Source: a virus (taxonomy: Duplodnaviria > Caudoviricetes). Taken from it: a stretch of DNA of 64,000 bases. How positions within the stretch are numbered: the stretch's first letter is position 1; every line of letters begins with the position of its first letter. Below are positions 28,464-38,920 of the stretch, in pieces. Below the pieces are notes generated by a model. That model was given only the letters and a program-made list of their open reading frames with translations. It did no database searches and was not told the origin of the DNA. The DNA lies in the IMG/VR virus record IMGVR_UViG_3300015607_004160; one strand, given 5' to 3'. The position numbers were made by a program, and so were the translations under genes.

Positions 28464-29551
28464 AATATTTAAAACTATTTGAAAATTTTAATGCATTTAA
28501 TCCAGAAGATATATCAGATTTATTCTTAGAAATAGCGGATAAATTCGATATACCTGAAATGACTTCCGAGGAAATCATGAATAAGACAATTGATGAGTCG
28601 ATTGATAAATATTATAATATTTTCAAAAATATACATGGTGATTATGTCATTGATGTTAAATGCGGGATAGATAATGTTTCTAGCTTTTTAAAAGAATTAG
28701 AAAAATTTAAACTAAGATTAGAAAAATTTGACATGTATATTATAATTCATGATTATCCGAATGCTCCTGATAATTTTAAAGTCGGAATATCAAATAATCC
28801 AGAATCAAAAACCATTAAAGAAGCATTGTTAACCTACAATTTAGAAAATCTATTTAAACAAGTAGAATTATATAAAGTCGCTGATGGTATTTATTGTGTT
28901 GTTATTGAATCACAACAACTAAGAGCATTTACATTCTTAAGATTACAAGAATATTATGAATCATCATCGAGTGAGTTTCAAGGAAATAGATTTACATGGG
29001 ATAGATACATTCAATGGTATAAAAGCTCTGAAGGTCCAACTGGTGAAAAAGATGTTTTCACTTATGGAAGTGATTGGAGTGGATTTAATATACCTTCAGA
29101 ATCTATTGAGAAATGTATGGAAGAAGTTGATGATCCAAATAGATATGATGATCTAATGGTATCTATTATCACTGAGATTAAAGAAAGAGAAAGTGATAAA
29201 TATTACATAATTGGTGTAGATGAACTAGATGTTAATAGTGATTTATTAGACCATGAATTAGCACATGGATTTTATTATACAGATAAAGAATATAGAACAA
29301 AGATGAATAATTTAGTCAATTCATTACCAAAGGAAGAGAAAAAAGCAATCTCTGATGTAATTATTGGGATTGGGTATAATGAATCGGTTTTAAATGATGA
29401 GATACAAGCTTATATGTCAACTGGTATAATTGATAGAATGCCTAAGTCACTAAGTAATTATACAGAGAAATTTGAGAAGGTATTTAAGGAAGCTAAACAA
29501 AAACATCACGCAACACCTCAAAAAATTGAACTCACTTATCTAAATGATTAA
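28460..29551 (+). CDS. Targeting-motif protein with C-terminal zincin-like (HExxH) domain
   Basis: MKYLKLFENF; EDISDLFLEIAD module; TIKEA linker; LLDHELAHG...DEIQAY. Confidence 0.75.
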   Translation: MKYLKLFENFNAFNPEDISDLFLEIADKFDIPEMTSEEIMNKTIDESIDKYYNIFKNIHGDYVIDVKCGIDNVSSFLKELEKFKLRLEKFDMYIIIHDYPNAPDNFKVGISNNPESKTIKEALLTYNLENLFKQVELYKVADGIYCVVIESQQLRAFTFLRLQEYYESSSSEFQGNRFTWDRYIQWYKSSEGPTGEKDVFTYGSDWSGFNIPSESIEKCMEEVDDPNRYDDLMVSIITEIKERESDKYYIIGVDELDVNSDLLDHELAHGFYYTDKEYRTKMNNLVNSLPKEEKKAISDVIIGIGYNESVLNDEIQAYMSTGIIDRMPKSLSNYTEKFEKVFKEAKQKHHATPQKIELTYLND

Positions 29552-30080
29552 AACATTTTTACAATATAATGAGGCAATTTCAGAAAATTTATCCCTATCT
29601 GATTTTTTATACTTGCATTTAGATAATGTTGAAGTATCTATTGGATACATGCATAAACGTGTATCAATTGACAAAATTAAAGATGAATTTGGTGTGCAAA
29701 ATTTTGTAGATGACTATATATCACTTGCTAAGAAAAACAATCAATGGGCTGGTGGTCCACTAAATAGAGAATGGGCTAATAAATATTATAAATTTTTTGG
29801 TATGGATTTTCCACATACAGAATGGAAGCCGACAATAGGTATCCACTTAGTTTTTAATGACGGATCGATATTTATTATTGGATTCAGTATGATAAGTAAA
29901 AATATTTCAGATATGAATTGGGCATTATCTCCGGACGGATCGGTTGGAGCCGAATTCTATAAAAGGGATAGAGATAATACAAATTGGGCAGATTTTTCAT
30001 ATGATGTGTATTATGATATAATACATCGAATAATACCTGGTTATGCTTTTAACTGGGAGATAGATCCTACATACAACTAA
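29544..30080 (+). CDS. Targeting-motif protein
   Basis: MIKTFLQYNEA. Confidence 0.75.
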   Translation: MIKTFLQYNEAISENLSLSDFLYLHLDNVEVSIGYMHKRVSIDKIKDEFGVQNFVDDYISLAKKNNQWAGGPLNREWANKYYKFFGMDFPHTEWKPTIGIHLVFNDGSIFIIGFSMISKNISDMNWALSPDGSVGAEFYKRDRDNTNWADFSYDVYYDIIHRIIPGYAFNWEIDPTYN

Positions 30081-30081
30081 T

Positions 30082-30624
30082 ATGAAATACTTAAAATTAT
30101 TTGAAGAACATTCTAAATTATATACACAGATAGATTATAATGAATTTAAGGAAAGGTATAAAAGTTTACAGGACTTCTCAAAGAAGTATGCCAATAGAAT
30201 ATCAGAAATATTTAATGATTATAAAAATACAGATTTTATAGAGGATTATAATAAAACAAAATACATAAATGTAGTCATAGATAAATATGGTAAAATATTA
30301 AATTATGATGATTTAAATGACGGAGATTATGATAATTCTGAAATATTTGACATGGTTATTTTAAAATATAGAAAAAAAGGAATTATAGATAACAAATATG
30401 TATTCTTTGATGTAGATATGAATATTACCCAAAATGAGGATGGATGGTTTTATGTTAAATATAGTTACTATATACCGGATAGGACTACACCAATAACATT
30501 TTACAAATGTGATCAAATTGATGGACTACTCAACTTTATTTGTGATATTATTGAAAGGGGAACAAATCTAAATATTAGAATGCCTGGAATGCCACATGGT
30601 GCTGAAGGATACTATTATAATTAA
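30082..30624 (+). CDS. Targeting-motif protein, YKCDQ family
   Basis: MKYLKLFEE...EDGWFYV...FYKCDQIDGL. Confidence 0.8.
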   Translation: MKYLKLFEEHSKLYTQIDYNEFKERYKSLQDFSKKYANRISEIFNDYKNTDFIEDYNKTKYINVVIDKYGKILNYDDLNDGDYDNSEIFDMVILKYRKKGIIDNKYVFFDVDMNITQNEDGWFYVKYSYYIPDRTTPITFYKCDQIDGLLNFICDIIERGTNLNIRMPGMPHGAEGYYYN

Positions 30625-31749
30625 TTATTTTTGATATCCCTCATCATAAATTTTAATTATCTCATTATATTCTTGAACAATACCATTTTTAATCTTTTCA
30701 TTTTCATAAGATTGTGCTAAAATATATTCTCTAATAACTTCTTTGTATTCAAGTTGTATTTTAGGAACATCTTCACCGTCTAAGTTTTCATTAATAATAC
30801 TTTGTTTAATATCTTCATCGGTTTCAGCATCTGTTGTATTAATATCATCAACATATTCAACAGAAGCAAAATTTCCTGTTTCTAAAAGGATTTCTAATTT
30901 TCTTCTTAATTTACGATTACTAACTAAAAGTGAATTTGATATGTATAAGTCAATATAATCTTTTGTAGATACCTTATCTAAAGAGTCTATATCACCCTCA
31001 TTCATAACATAAACCTTCTTGAATTTAGGTGAAATTAGGTTTGGTATGAATGTTTCGGTTCCTTCTATAACATCTAAAATAAATATACCTTTTTGGTTCT
31101 CTCTATCATTTCTATCCATTTCATGAATGGACCCAACAAAAGTGAAATTTTTATTTACTTGGTGAATGTGTATGTGTCCGCTATAAACCTTCTTATATTT
31201 TTTGAATTCTTCTACATCTATTTTATCGGTATTTTTTTGTGCTACTGACGTTAAGTGCATTTTAGCACCATTTAAGTCCGAATGGCAAAATAAATAATCG
31301 GCACTTTTAAATTTCTTCAACAATTCAATTTGATCGTTTCTTTTTTCCACCCAAGGAAGCATTAATATAGATTTGCCTAAATAATCTATTTTAATTGCTT
31401 CTTCATATACAAATACATTTGGTATATACTTATATAATTTAACTGTATTTACATCATTAGAGCTCTTGGTATATAAGTCGTGGTTTCCAATTATAAGATG
31501 TGTTGGACATATACTAGATAACTCCTCTAGTATATATTGTGCATAGTTTAAAATATTAATAGGGACAATGTTTCTATTATCAAAGAGGTCTCCTAATAGA
31601 ACGATAATATCGTCTTTTGTTAATTCTTTTTTAGCAAGTGGTAATAAAAATTCTTGAAAGTATTCTTGTGCGACTTTAAACCACTTATCAACTGAGTTTG
31701 GATATCCCAATCCAAGGTGAATATCCCCTAATACTAATATTTTAGACAT
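30625..31749 (-). CDS. gp47: Mre11/SbcD-like recombination nuclease (T4 gp47-like)
   Basis: GDIHLG, LGDLFDNR, IGNHD and SGHIH metallophosphoesterase motifs. Confidence 0.9.
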   Translation of the reverse strand: MSKILVLGDIHLGLGYPNSVDKWFKVAQEYFQEFLLPLAKKELTKDDIIVLLGDLFDNRNIVPINILNYAQYILEELSSICPTHLIIGNHDLYTKSSNDVNTVKLYKYIPNVFVYEEAIKIDYLGKSILMLPWVEKRNDQIELLKKFKSADYLFCHSDLNGAKMHLTSVAQKNTDKIDVEEFKKYKKVYSGHIHIHQVNKNFTFVGSIHEMDRNDRENQKGIFILDVIEGTETFIPNLISPKFKKVYVMNEGDIDSLDKVSTKDYIDLYISNSLLVSNRKLRRKLEILLETGNFASVEYVDDINTTDAETDEDIKQSIINENLDGEDVPKIQLEYKEVIREYILAQSYENEKIKNGIVQEYNEIIKIYDEGYQK

Positions 31750-31771
31750 TTAACATAACTAATATTTTTCT

Positions 31772-31799
31772 TTATAGAGAAAAAAATGATTATGGTTTA
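31772..31799 (-). promoter_or_regulatory. Putative promoter, class TAAAC-N17-HTATAA
   Basis: Minus-strand TAAAC, 17 nt, CTATAA upstream of the gp47-like gene. Confidence 0.55.
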
Positions 31800-31814
31800 T
31801 TTAATATATAATTA

Positions 31815-32084
31815 ATGAAGCATATAAATAAATTTAATGAGAGATACTCTGGAAAAGAAACCGGATGTGAATACAAAAATGATTTTATCAAAGCTTTGGA
31901 AACATTATTTTATAGCTGGGGAAGTGAAGCACCGCCAGAAGCATACTGGGCAGCTAATGAATTATTAGACTGGTTTGAAAAAGAATTCGATAGTAAAATT
32001 GATGACAGATTTGATGAAAATGGTGAAAATGTAGAAGAAATTTTTGATAAAATTAGAAATACATATCCTGGATATTCTTTATAA
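31815..32084 (+). CDS. Small targeting-motif protein
   Basis: MKHINKFNE; TAATATATA upstream. Confidence 0.75.
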   Translation: MKHINKFNERYSGKETGCEYKNDFIKALETLFYSWGSEAPPEAYWAANELLDWFEKEFDSKIDDRFDENGENVEEIFDKIRNTYPGYSL

Positions 32085-32096
32085 ATATATACCTAT

Positions 32097-33020
32097 ATGA
32101 AAATTAGAAATTTTTCTGAGTTTATTACAGAGGCATTAGGAATTGATAAGGACATCGAATCACAAGCACAAGAAATTTATAAGAAGATAAAGCATTCTAA
32201 TAAAAATGAATTTAGTTTCATATTATATGAAACATCAGGAAATTACTTTTTTAAATTAATCATAGGTAAATTTGATAAAACTGCATCAGGTAGATTTATT
32301 ATATCAGACGATAATAAGGAAATGACTGTTCTACTTAAAGATAGAAATGATTATTCCACATTACTTCATGAAATGAAGCATTTATCAAGGGCCATTAAAA
32401 ATAAGGGTAGTCACTTTAATGATTTTATATACAAAACACATAAGTTAATTAGTAATATGGATCTTAAGGATAAGGATCCAATTAAGGCTCAAAAACAAAT
32501 ATTTTATGTTTATGATAAAGATGAATTTGAAGCCAAATATCATGGGTATTATGTTGATCTTGATATTTATCTAAAGAAAATAGTCGATATAAAAAAACAA
32601 TCACCTAATGACAAATCCGTATCAAAAGATTTCATTATAGATGTAATTAAAGGATTTTTAAATACCTGTGATGATATGACATACACTTGGTGGGTTGGAT
32701 ATTTTAATGGGGAAAAAGTAAGTAAAGAGTTTAATTTTTCAAACTATTTAAAAGAAAGTGATATTAATCGTCTTTTTTATCTTATAACTAAAAAAGATTT
32801 TAAACCAGGATATTCTTATACTGATATGTTTAAAGAGATATATTTTGACTTAAAAAACATTCTAAAAACTAAGATGAACATATATTCTAAAGAAGATAAA
32901 GTGTTAATACAAAAATATAGAAAATCTTTTGAATTAGAAATAAATAAAAGAAAGAAGGTATTTTCTAAAAAGTTCTATCGTCTCTTCTCAATAATGGTTG
33001 ATAAATACGCAGATTCTTAA
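32097..33020 (+). CDS. Targeting-motif protein with zincin-like HExxH motif
   Basis: MKIRNFSEFITEA; LLHEMKH...DEFEA. Confidence 0.75.
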   Translation: MKIRNFSEFITEALGIDKDIESQAQEIYKKIKHSNKNEFSFILYETSGNYFFKLIIGKFDKTASGRFIISDDNKEMTVLLKDRNDYSTLLHEMKHLSRAIKNKGSHFNDFIYKTHKLISNMDLKDKDPIKAQKQIFYVYDKDEFEAKYHGYYVDLDIYLKKIVDIKKQSPNDKSVSKDFIIDVIKGFLNTCDDMTYTWWVGYFNGEKVSKEFNFSNYLKESDINRLFYLITKKDFKPGYSYTDMFKEIYFDLKNILKTKMNIYSKEDKVLIQKYRKSFELEINKRKKVFSKKFYRLFSIMVDKYADS

Positions 33021-33328
33021 GATAATATTTTTCCCAATTTAATATCTCTTAGTTGTGATAATAACAAATTTACTCTTGACATATCTATATCATCAAGTAT
33101 CTTCTTTTTGTTTTTAGAGATATATTCATAATCCAACACATAGTTTTCTTCATTGGTTTCAATGCATCCACTATCTAAAGTCAAGACAAATACTCTGATT
33201 AATTCATCAGTTCCTTCTTTATCAATCGTAGTATAATTTTTATTCCATCTATTTATAACCACAGTGTCATCATTCGGTATATAACTGACTTCTTTCCCTA
33301 TTAGTTCAGATAGTAAATTTAAACTCAT
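33017..33328 (-). CDS. Hypothetical protein with C-terminal RDIKL tag
   Basis: Ends LRDIKLGKILS; TATATTTG (TAnnTTTG) immediately upstream on the minus strand. Confidence 0.7.
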   Translation of the reverse strand: MSLNLLSELIGKEVSYIPNDDTVVINRWNKNYTTIDKEGTDELIRVFVLTLDSGCIETNEENYVLDYEYISKNKKKILDDIDMSRVNLLLSQLRDIKLGKILS

Positions 33329-33346
33329 ATTACAAATATAAGAAAA

Positions 33347-34207
33347 TTAGTTGAATTTGATATTTAGCATACCATGTAATAATATGGGATTTGGATTCCT
33401 AACAGTATTTCTTATGATATTACCATCTTCATCTTCAATTTCACCATCATACCATTGACGGTAAGTATATGAATCGTGATAAGCAGATTCAACACTACAT
33501 GGATGTATATAACTAAATCTTCTTTTTATTCTATTTGATATTGAATCATCTACCCAATTTGCAGAAAACTGCTTTTGATTCCATCCATCCATTGTTAAGC
33601 AATATTCGGTATCATTTTCCCAATAAGTTGCATATTCTCTATGATAAATATCAATATTTACGAGAGGCTTCATTAATAAAAAATATTTAAAATAATTTGT
33701 AACATGAACTTTTCTGCTTCTTGGTTGTGATATCCAAAATTTGTTATTATTCTTTCTTTCCTCTCTTTGTTTATCCGCCAATCTATGTGACTCTTTGTTT
33801 ATTTTTTTAACAAATGATAGTAACGATGATAATAAATATTGTTGCTTATCATTAGCATTATCATAATTATCACCAAATAAAAAATTGGTATCAATATCTC
33901 CATGAACATATAAATAATAATGTTTCTTCGGTAAAAAGACTCCTATATTTATTTTATATGTATATTGGCTTGATTCAAAAAACTCAAGTAATATATCATC
34001 TATATAATCTTTTGAAAATCTATTATAGAAGCTATAAATTTCATCTACTTTACGATAAATTTGATCAACAATATCATGTATTCCTGTTAATTCACCAAGT
34101 TCCTTTTCGGTAGATCTGGAGATATAACCAGTATTCTCAATACGTTTACATATCTGATCAATCCTATTTTCAGAGTCAAACTCATTTAGTTCTAATAGAT
34201 ATCTCAT
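33347..34207 (-). CDS. Targeting-motif protein
   Basis: MRYLLELNEF. Confidence 0.75.
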   Translation of the reverse strand: MRYLLELNEFDSENRIDQICKRIENTGYISRSTEKELGELTGIHDIVDQIYRKVDEIYSFYNRFSKDYIDDILLEFFESSQYTYKINIGVFLPKKHYYLYVHGDIDTNFLFGDNYDNANDKQQYLLSSLLSFVKKINKESHRLADKQREERKNNNKFWISQPRSRKVHVTNYFKYFLLMKPLVNIDIYHREYATYWENDTEYCLTMDGWNQKQFSANWVDDSISNRIKRRFSYIHPCSVESAYHDSYTYRQWYDGEIEDEDGNIIRNTVRNPNPILLHGMLNIKFN

Positions 34208-34842
34208 TTTGAGTTTATAGCATTTTTTATTTGTATTTTACATCTTCTGATTATTTTTGAAACCTCCTCAGTCTCATTTTCAAAGTCCATATCATTAAGA
34301 CTCTCAATTTCTCTTAGTATATCTTCGTCTGACTTTGGGGTTTCCCCGGCATATCTACTAGTTTTTATTCTATTTTTCTCTACACCTGTTTCATTAACCC
34401 ATTCTAATATTTCAAATAATTTATTAGTTAAAAATTGAATTGTCTTTGTATCAATATCATTTATTTCGTTAATATTTTTATCATATATTTTCTTTTGATT
34501 ATCTAAAAATGAAACTAAAATTGCCTTATTTTCAGCTTGAAACATATAAAATTGTTTATAATCAGATACATCTTTATCTTCATATCCACCTCCTCTTTTT
34601 CGAATTCTTCTAGTCTTTCTGTTATAAAATACATAATTTTTATAATGAGCATACGTTCTTTCTATCCTATCTAGCATAATTCTAATTTCATTGAGATTTT
34701 TAGCACTATCACTATAATATACATTAATAAAAGCTAATATATCTTCATTGGGCTTATTCTTCTTCACCATATCTTTCAACGAATTCAACGCCTTTTGATA
34801 GTCCTCAATAGAATATGCTTCAAATATTTTTAAATATTTCAT
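34204..34842 (-). CDS. Targeting-motif protein
   Basis: MKYLKIFEA. Confidence 0.75.
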   Translation of the reverse strand: MKYLKIFEAYSIEDYQKALNSLKDMVKKNKPNEDILAFINVYYSDSAKNLNEIRIMLDRIERTYAHYKNYVFYNRKTRRIRKRGGGYEDKDVSDYKQFYMFQAENKAILVSFLDNQKKIYDKNINEINDIDTKTIQFLTNKLFEILEWVNETGVEKNRIKTSRYAGETPKSDEDILREIESLNDMDFENETEEVSKIIRRCKIQIKNAINSK

Positions 34843-34844
34843 TA

Positions 34845-34870
34845 TTTATATATTAAAATTAATATATAAA
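34845..34870. promoter_or_regulatory. Back-to-back TAATATATA elements (putative divergent late promoters)
   Basis: TTTATATATTAA-AA-TTAATATATAAA, perfect 12-bp arms filling most of the 31-bp gap between two divergent genes. Confidence 0.6.
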
Positions 34871-34873
34871 TAT

Positions 34874-35686
34874 ATGGAAATAAAGAACTTTTTATCATTT
34901 ACTGAATCACTATACTCAATGGCGGCATCTATAGCACCTAGTAATTATAGCAAACCAGTTCGTAATGATGAATATATTGTTAAAGGAGTTGTAATAGAAT
35001 TTCCAGATACAACACAATTACTATTTGAAGTCGTCAGAGAAGATTACTTCTCAGATAAAATAAACTATACAATATCTACTCCGAGAAATGAAAATCCACT
35101 TTGGAGGGTAAGTAGAGACTATAAACTAACTCCACTAAATACGATACAGCAATTTTATATTGATGTATTCGGAGATTCGATACAGATGGAAAACTACCAA
35201 GAATTTGTATTTGTAAGATGCTGGAATACACCAGCTGATTTTGTAGAAAATAATTGGGAGGGATTTATTTTTAAATCCAATTCAGATAGTGGATTTTATG
35301 AAATAAGAATGAAATTTGTTATTATAAGTAATAGTTTAGATAGATCACAGTATCCTACATACACACCTGAATATTTTAGAAATTCATACTTAGATAAAAA
35401 TACAACAATGTGGGCAATAAGACACTTTCATCAAGAATTACCAAATGGAATAGCATATAGAGATTTAATGATATTAAAAAGAAAATTTGAGTCATATTTA
35501 ATAAATATAGATGAAACAAAATCAATAGTAAATCTTAGAGAAGCAAAAGTTGAAGGAATTAGTTTATTATCATTGATATATGCACTTAGTCTAAGAGATA
35601 ATAATATATTAAAAAATCTGAAATTAACTAGTAATAATATCAATCAGTGTCCTACTAATAAATTATTAGACACTTTATTTTTATAA
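34874..35686 (+). CDS. Targeting-motif protein
   Basis: MEIKNFLSFTES. Confidence 0.75.
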   Translation: MEIKNFLSFTESLYSMAASIAPSNYSKPVRNDEYIVKGVVIEFPDTTQLLFEVVREDYFSDKINYTISTPRNENPLWRVSRDYKLTPLNTIQQFYIDVFGDSIQMENYQEFVFVRCWNTPADFVENNWEGFIFKSNSDSGFYEIRMKFVIISNSLDRSQYPTYTPEYFRNSYLDKNTTMWAIRHFHQELPNGIAYRDLMILKRKFESYLINIDETKSIVNLREAKVEGISLLSLIYALSLRDNNILKNLKLTSNNINQCPTNKLLDTLFL

Positions 35687-36385
35687 ATTTTTTTCTAGAA
35701 TATTTTGAATATTATCTAAATCCCAATAAGGAATTCTTATCAAATTTATTTTATTATTAATACAATATTTATTTTTAATTTGATCATTTTTATTTATATA
35801 ATCAAGATTTCCTTCTCCAAAATATTTGTTTTCCTGATAATGGTGTTCTCCATCATACTCAATGCAAATATTTATATCTGGTAAGTAAAAATCAAATCTT
35901 AGTTTCCTAATTCTTATGCAATCATCAAATTGATAATTTCTAATAAAATTAATGCTATTGTTTTCTAAATAAGATTTAATAGCATCCTCTCCTCTTGACG
36001 ATGAGTTACATTCTGGACATCCATGGCCATACTCATGATAATATAAATATTGTTTAAAGACACCATGATAATCACAAGTAATATTTATAAATCCTCTATT
36101 AATAGATATATCATTATATAAATACTTGTTATTATGTATTTTCTTTAAATTTTTAATTCTTTCTGATGATAGCTCGGTTAAACGATGATTATCCCTCGCA
36201 CATTTATCACATCCTTGCTTCATGTGTAGGTGGTTACTCGCTTTTATTTCAATATCACCATGATTTGGACAAATTATTATAATTTTACTTCTAACATTCT
36301 TAAAAATAGTTTTAGAATAATTAAATTTATTATTATGTACTTTATTACACATTTCTATAAATTCAACATTTGTTAACCTTCTCAT
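35681..36385 (-). CDS. Putative homing endonuclease (two Zn modules + Vsr/PD-(D/E)xK domain)
   Basis: ICPNHG...GCDKC; TCDYHG...GCPEC; SRGE...FDFYLP...CIEYDGEHH...LIRIPYW. Confidence 0.75.
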   Translation of the reverse strand: MRRLTNVEFIEMCNKVHNNKFNYSKTIFKNVRSKIIIICPNHGDIEIKASNHLHMKQGCDKCARDNHRLTELSSERIKNLKKIHNNKYLYNDISINRGFINITCDYHGVFKQYLYYHEYGHGCPECNSSSRGEDAIKSYLENNSINFIRNYQFDDCIRIRKLRFDFYLPDINICIEYDGEHHYQENKYFGEGNLDYINKNDQIKNKYCINNKINLIRIPYWDLDNIQNILEKNL

Positions 36386-36515
36386 TCTTCAATATTTTTT
36401 TTCTTTCTCTCTGCCTATATTTTTTTTCATTTCTTTTACAATTTACACAGCAATATTCCTTATCAGATCTACCTCCGAATATAGTCTCATTACAATTTCT
36501 ATATTTACATTTCAT
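36363..36515 (-). CDS. Small 50-aa zinc-finger protein
   Basis: Not in the ORF track. MKCKYRNCNETIFGGRSDKEYCCVNCKRNEKK...; TAATATATA directly upstream. Confidence 0.6.
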   Translation of the reverse strand: MKCKYRNCNETIFGGRSDKEYCCVNCKRNEKKYRQRERKKILKNEKVNKC

Positions 36516-36678
36516 AATCTTATATATTAAAATAATTGTCCTCCCAATAATATATTTTTTTGAGTTTTTATATTAAATATATACAGTAATAAGAATTAGA
36601 ATATTTAATGGAGACAAAAGATATTTTAATATATAATTTAATAACTTAAACAAGTTAAAACAAAAATAATATAAAGAG

Positions 36679-37296
36679 ATGCCGCTTCCTCATTTTACTC
36701 AACTTTTAATGACTGGTTCACCTGGTGGCCCAGGAACCAAGCCACAAGAGCCTGTTTACTTAAATCTATTCGAAATAACATTCATATTACCTACTATTTT
36801 GCAAGCGCAAGGTAGAGATCCAATTTTAATGCTTCAACAAGCTAACAGTGTTACTTTAGATTTAACTAAAGACATTGATATCAAAGATCAGAGGTTTAAA
36901 TACTCAACCAGAGCGTTCTTAACAACTCCAGGTCAAACACACATAGAATTTGATATTAAGTTTAACGTAAACGTTAATGATCAAAACTCAATGGAAACTT
37001 GGAATGTTTTAAAAGCATGGTATGATTTAGTATGGAATTCTCAAAATGGTACTTTACATTATAAATCAGATATCATTGGTACAATCATTGTTAACCAACA
37101 CGATAAAAAAGGTGTTGTATTAAGAAGAGTTACTTTCCAAAATGCCCAATTAAGAGGTATTGATGCTCCATCATTAGCTTGGAACTCAAATGAAATTTGG
37201 AGTGATGTGGGTGCTAAATTTGTAGCAGACTACTGGATTGATGAGTACATTGACGGAAACTTTACAATTCAACCTCCTTTGGTTCCTGGATATTAA
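36679..37296 (+). CDS. gp19: Tail tube protein (T4 gp19-like)
   Basis: EPVYLNLFEITF...LKAWYDL...IIVNQHDKKG...FVADYW pattern; 205 aa; codon usage like a highly expressed gene. Confidence 0.75.
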   Translation: MPLPHFTQLLMTGSPGGPGTKPQEPVYLNLFEITFILPTILQAQGRDPILMLQQANSVTLDLTKDIDIKDQRFKYSTRAFLTTPGQTHIEFDIKFNVNVNDQNSMETWNVLKAWYDLVWNSQNGTLHYKSDIIGTIIVNQHDKKGVVLRRVTFQNAQLRGIDAPSLAWNSNEIWSDVGAKFVADYWIDEYIDGNFTIQPPLVPGY

Positions 37297-37321
37297 ACAA
37301 TTTATATTTTTTAATATATAA
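37294..37321 (+). promoter_or_regulatory. Putative promoter (TAAAC-N17-ATATAA overlapping TAATATATA)
   Basis: Both motif classes coincide upstream of ATG 37328. Confidence 0.5.
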
Positions 37322-37327
37322 TCTAAT

Positions 37328-38902
37328 ATGGATTATATTAAAGAAATATTATCAAATAAAAATAAAAACAAGAGTGAAAAATGGATAAGTGAAAACTTTC
37401 CTGTTTTTCACTCTTTTATTAATAGCTTGTTCTCTGAGATTACATGGAAAGAGAAGTTATATCTACACATCAATTCACTAACAATTCCACCCGTTTGCTA
37501 CTGTGGGGGTAAATTAAAATTTAAAAGCATACAAAAAGGTTATACTACTTTTTGCTCTACTAAATGTTTATCTAATGATCCTACTATAAAAAATAAAAGG
37601 ATGCAATCCTGTATTAAAAAATATGGTGTTGACAATCCTATGAAAGATACATATATTAAAGAGAAATATAATGAATCTATAATGGAAAAATATGGTGTTA
37701 ATAACATTTCTACATTATCAAATATCAAAAGCAAAGTAAGGGAGAGTAATTTAAAAAAGTATGGATTTGAGTATATATCACAAAGTCCAGATGCTAGGAT
37801 CAATTTATCAAAATCAATGACTAATAAATCTGAAGTCCTAAATAATATCCAAAATGATAAATTAAAATTGTATTTATCTGAAAAGGTTAAGAAATATAAT
37901 ATTCAATTTATATCAATAGTTGATTCATCAATTTATAAATTAAGATGTCAAGAAAATCATGAATTTTCCATTCACAAAAATATGTTAAATGATAGGATAT
38001 CTAATTCTAATACAATATGTACTGTCTGTAATAAAATTAGCAATGAATCAGATTCTCAAAATCAATTATATAACTTCATAAAATCTATTTATAGTAATAT
38101 TATTATACCTAATGATCGATCTGCAATAGGAATGGAAATAGATATTTACTTACCAGATATAAAATTAGGAATTGAGTTTAATGGGATATTTTGGCATTCG
38201 GATAAATATAAATCTAAGAAATATCATTTGGATAAGACAAATATGGCTGAAGATAAAGGCATAAAACTTATTCATATCTGGGAGGATGACTGGAAATTTA
38301 AAAGGGAAATAGTTGAATCAAGAATACGTAACACAATTGGTAAATCGTCTAGAATATGGGCTAGACTTTGCGAAGTTAGAGAAATAAGTTATAAGGAATC
38401 TATTTCATTTTTAAACAAAAATCACATTCAGGGAAATTGTATTTCAAAATATAGAATTGCACTCTTTTATAAAAATGAGATTGTAAGTATAATGACCTTT
38501 GGTAATTTAAGAAAATCACTAGGACAAAAAAGTAAAGATGGATCTTATGAACTATTAAGATTTTGTAATCGATTAAATACAACAATTGTTGGTGGAGCAT
38601 CAAAGTTATTTTCATTCTTTATTCGAAAATATTCACCAATAGATATAATAAGTTATGCTGATAGATGCTGGTCAAATGGAAATTTGTACAAAAGATTAGG
38701 ATTTTCTATGGATAAATTTACTGAACCAAATTACTATTATGTTATTAATGGTATTAGAAAAAATAGATTTAATTATACCAAAAGTAAATTAGTTAAAAAT
38801 GGATTTGATCCTCAAAAATCAGAATCTCAAATAATGAAAGAATTAGGATATAATAAAATATATGATAGTGGGAATATTAAATTTGTCTATACAAAAAAGT
38901 GA
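37328..38902 (+). CDS. Free-standing homing-type endonuclease (KYGV repeats, PD-(D/E)xK, Hef-like C-terminus)
   Basis: CYCG...FCSTKC; KKYGVDNP repeats; EIDIYLP...IEFNGIFWHS...IWEDDW; ARLCEVRE...YELLRFC...YDSG. Confidence 0.75.
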   Translation: MDYIKEILSNKNKNKSEKWISENFPVFHSFINSLFSEITWKEKLYLHINSLTIPPVCYCGGKLKFKSIQKGYTTFCSTKCLSNDPTIKNKRMQSCIKKYGVDNPMKDTYIKEKYNESIMEKYGVNNISTLSNIKSKVRESNLKKYGFEYISQSPDARINLSKSMTNKSEVLNNIQNDKLKLYLSEKVKKYNIQFISIVDSSIYKLRCQENHEFSIHKNMLNDRISNSNTICTVCNKISNESDSQNQLYNFIKSIYSNIIIPNDRSAIGMEIDIYLPDIKLGIEFNGIFWHSDKYKSKKYHLDKTNMAEDKGIKLIHIWEDDWKFKREIVESRIRNTIGKSSRIWARLCEVREISYKESISFLNKNHIQGNCISKYRIALFYKNEIVSIMTFGNLRKSLGQKSKDGSYELLRFCNRLNTTIVGGASKLFSFFIRKYSPIDIISYADRCWSNGNLYKRLGFSMDKFTEPNYYYVINGIRKNRFNYTKSKLVKNGFDPQKSESQIMKELGYNKIYDSGNIKFVYTKK

Positions 38903-38920
38903 GAATTCTTTCTCACTTTT
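38893..38920. terminator. Bidirectional terminator hairpin between convergent genes
   Basis: AAAAGTGAGAA-TTCT-TTCTCACTTTT. Confidence 0.7.

Noticed and set aside
36535-36618. Imperfect inverted repeat (TTGTCCTCC...GGAGACAA) upstream of the tail tube gene, as possible element ends or ncRNA
   Set aside because: Short, gapped and in very AT-rich DNA; it cannot be distinguished from chance.
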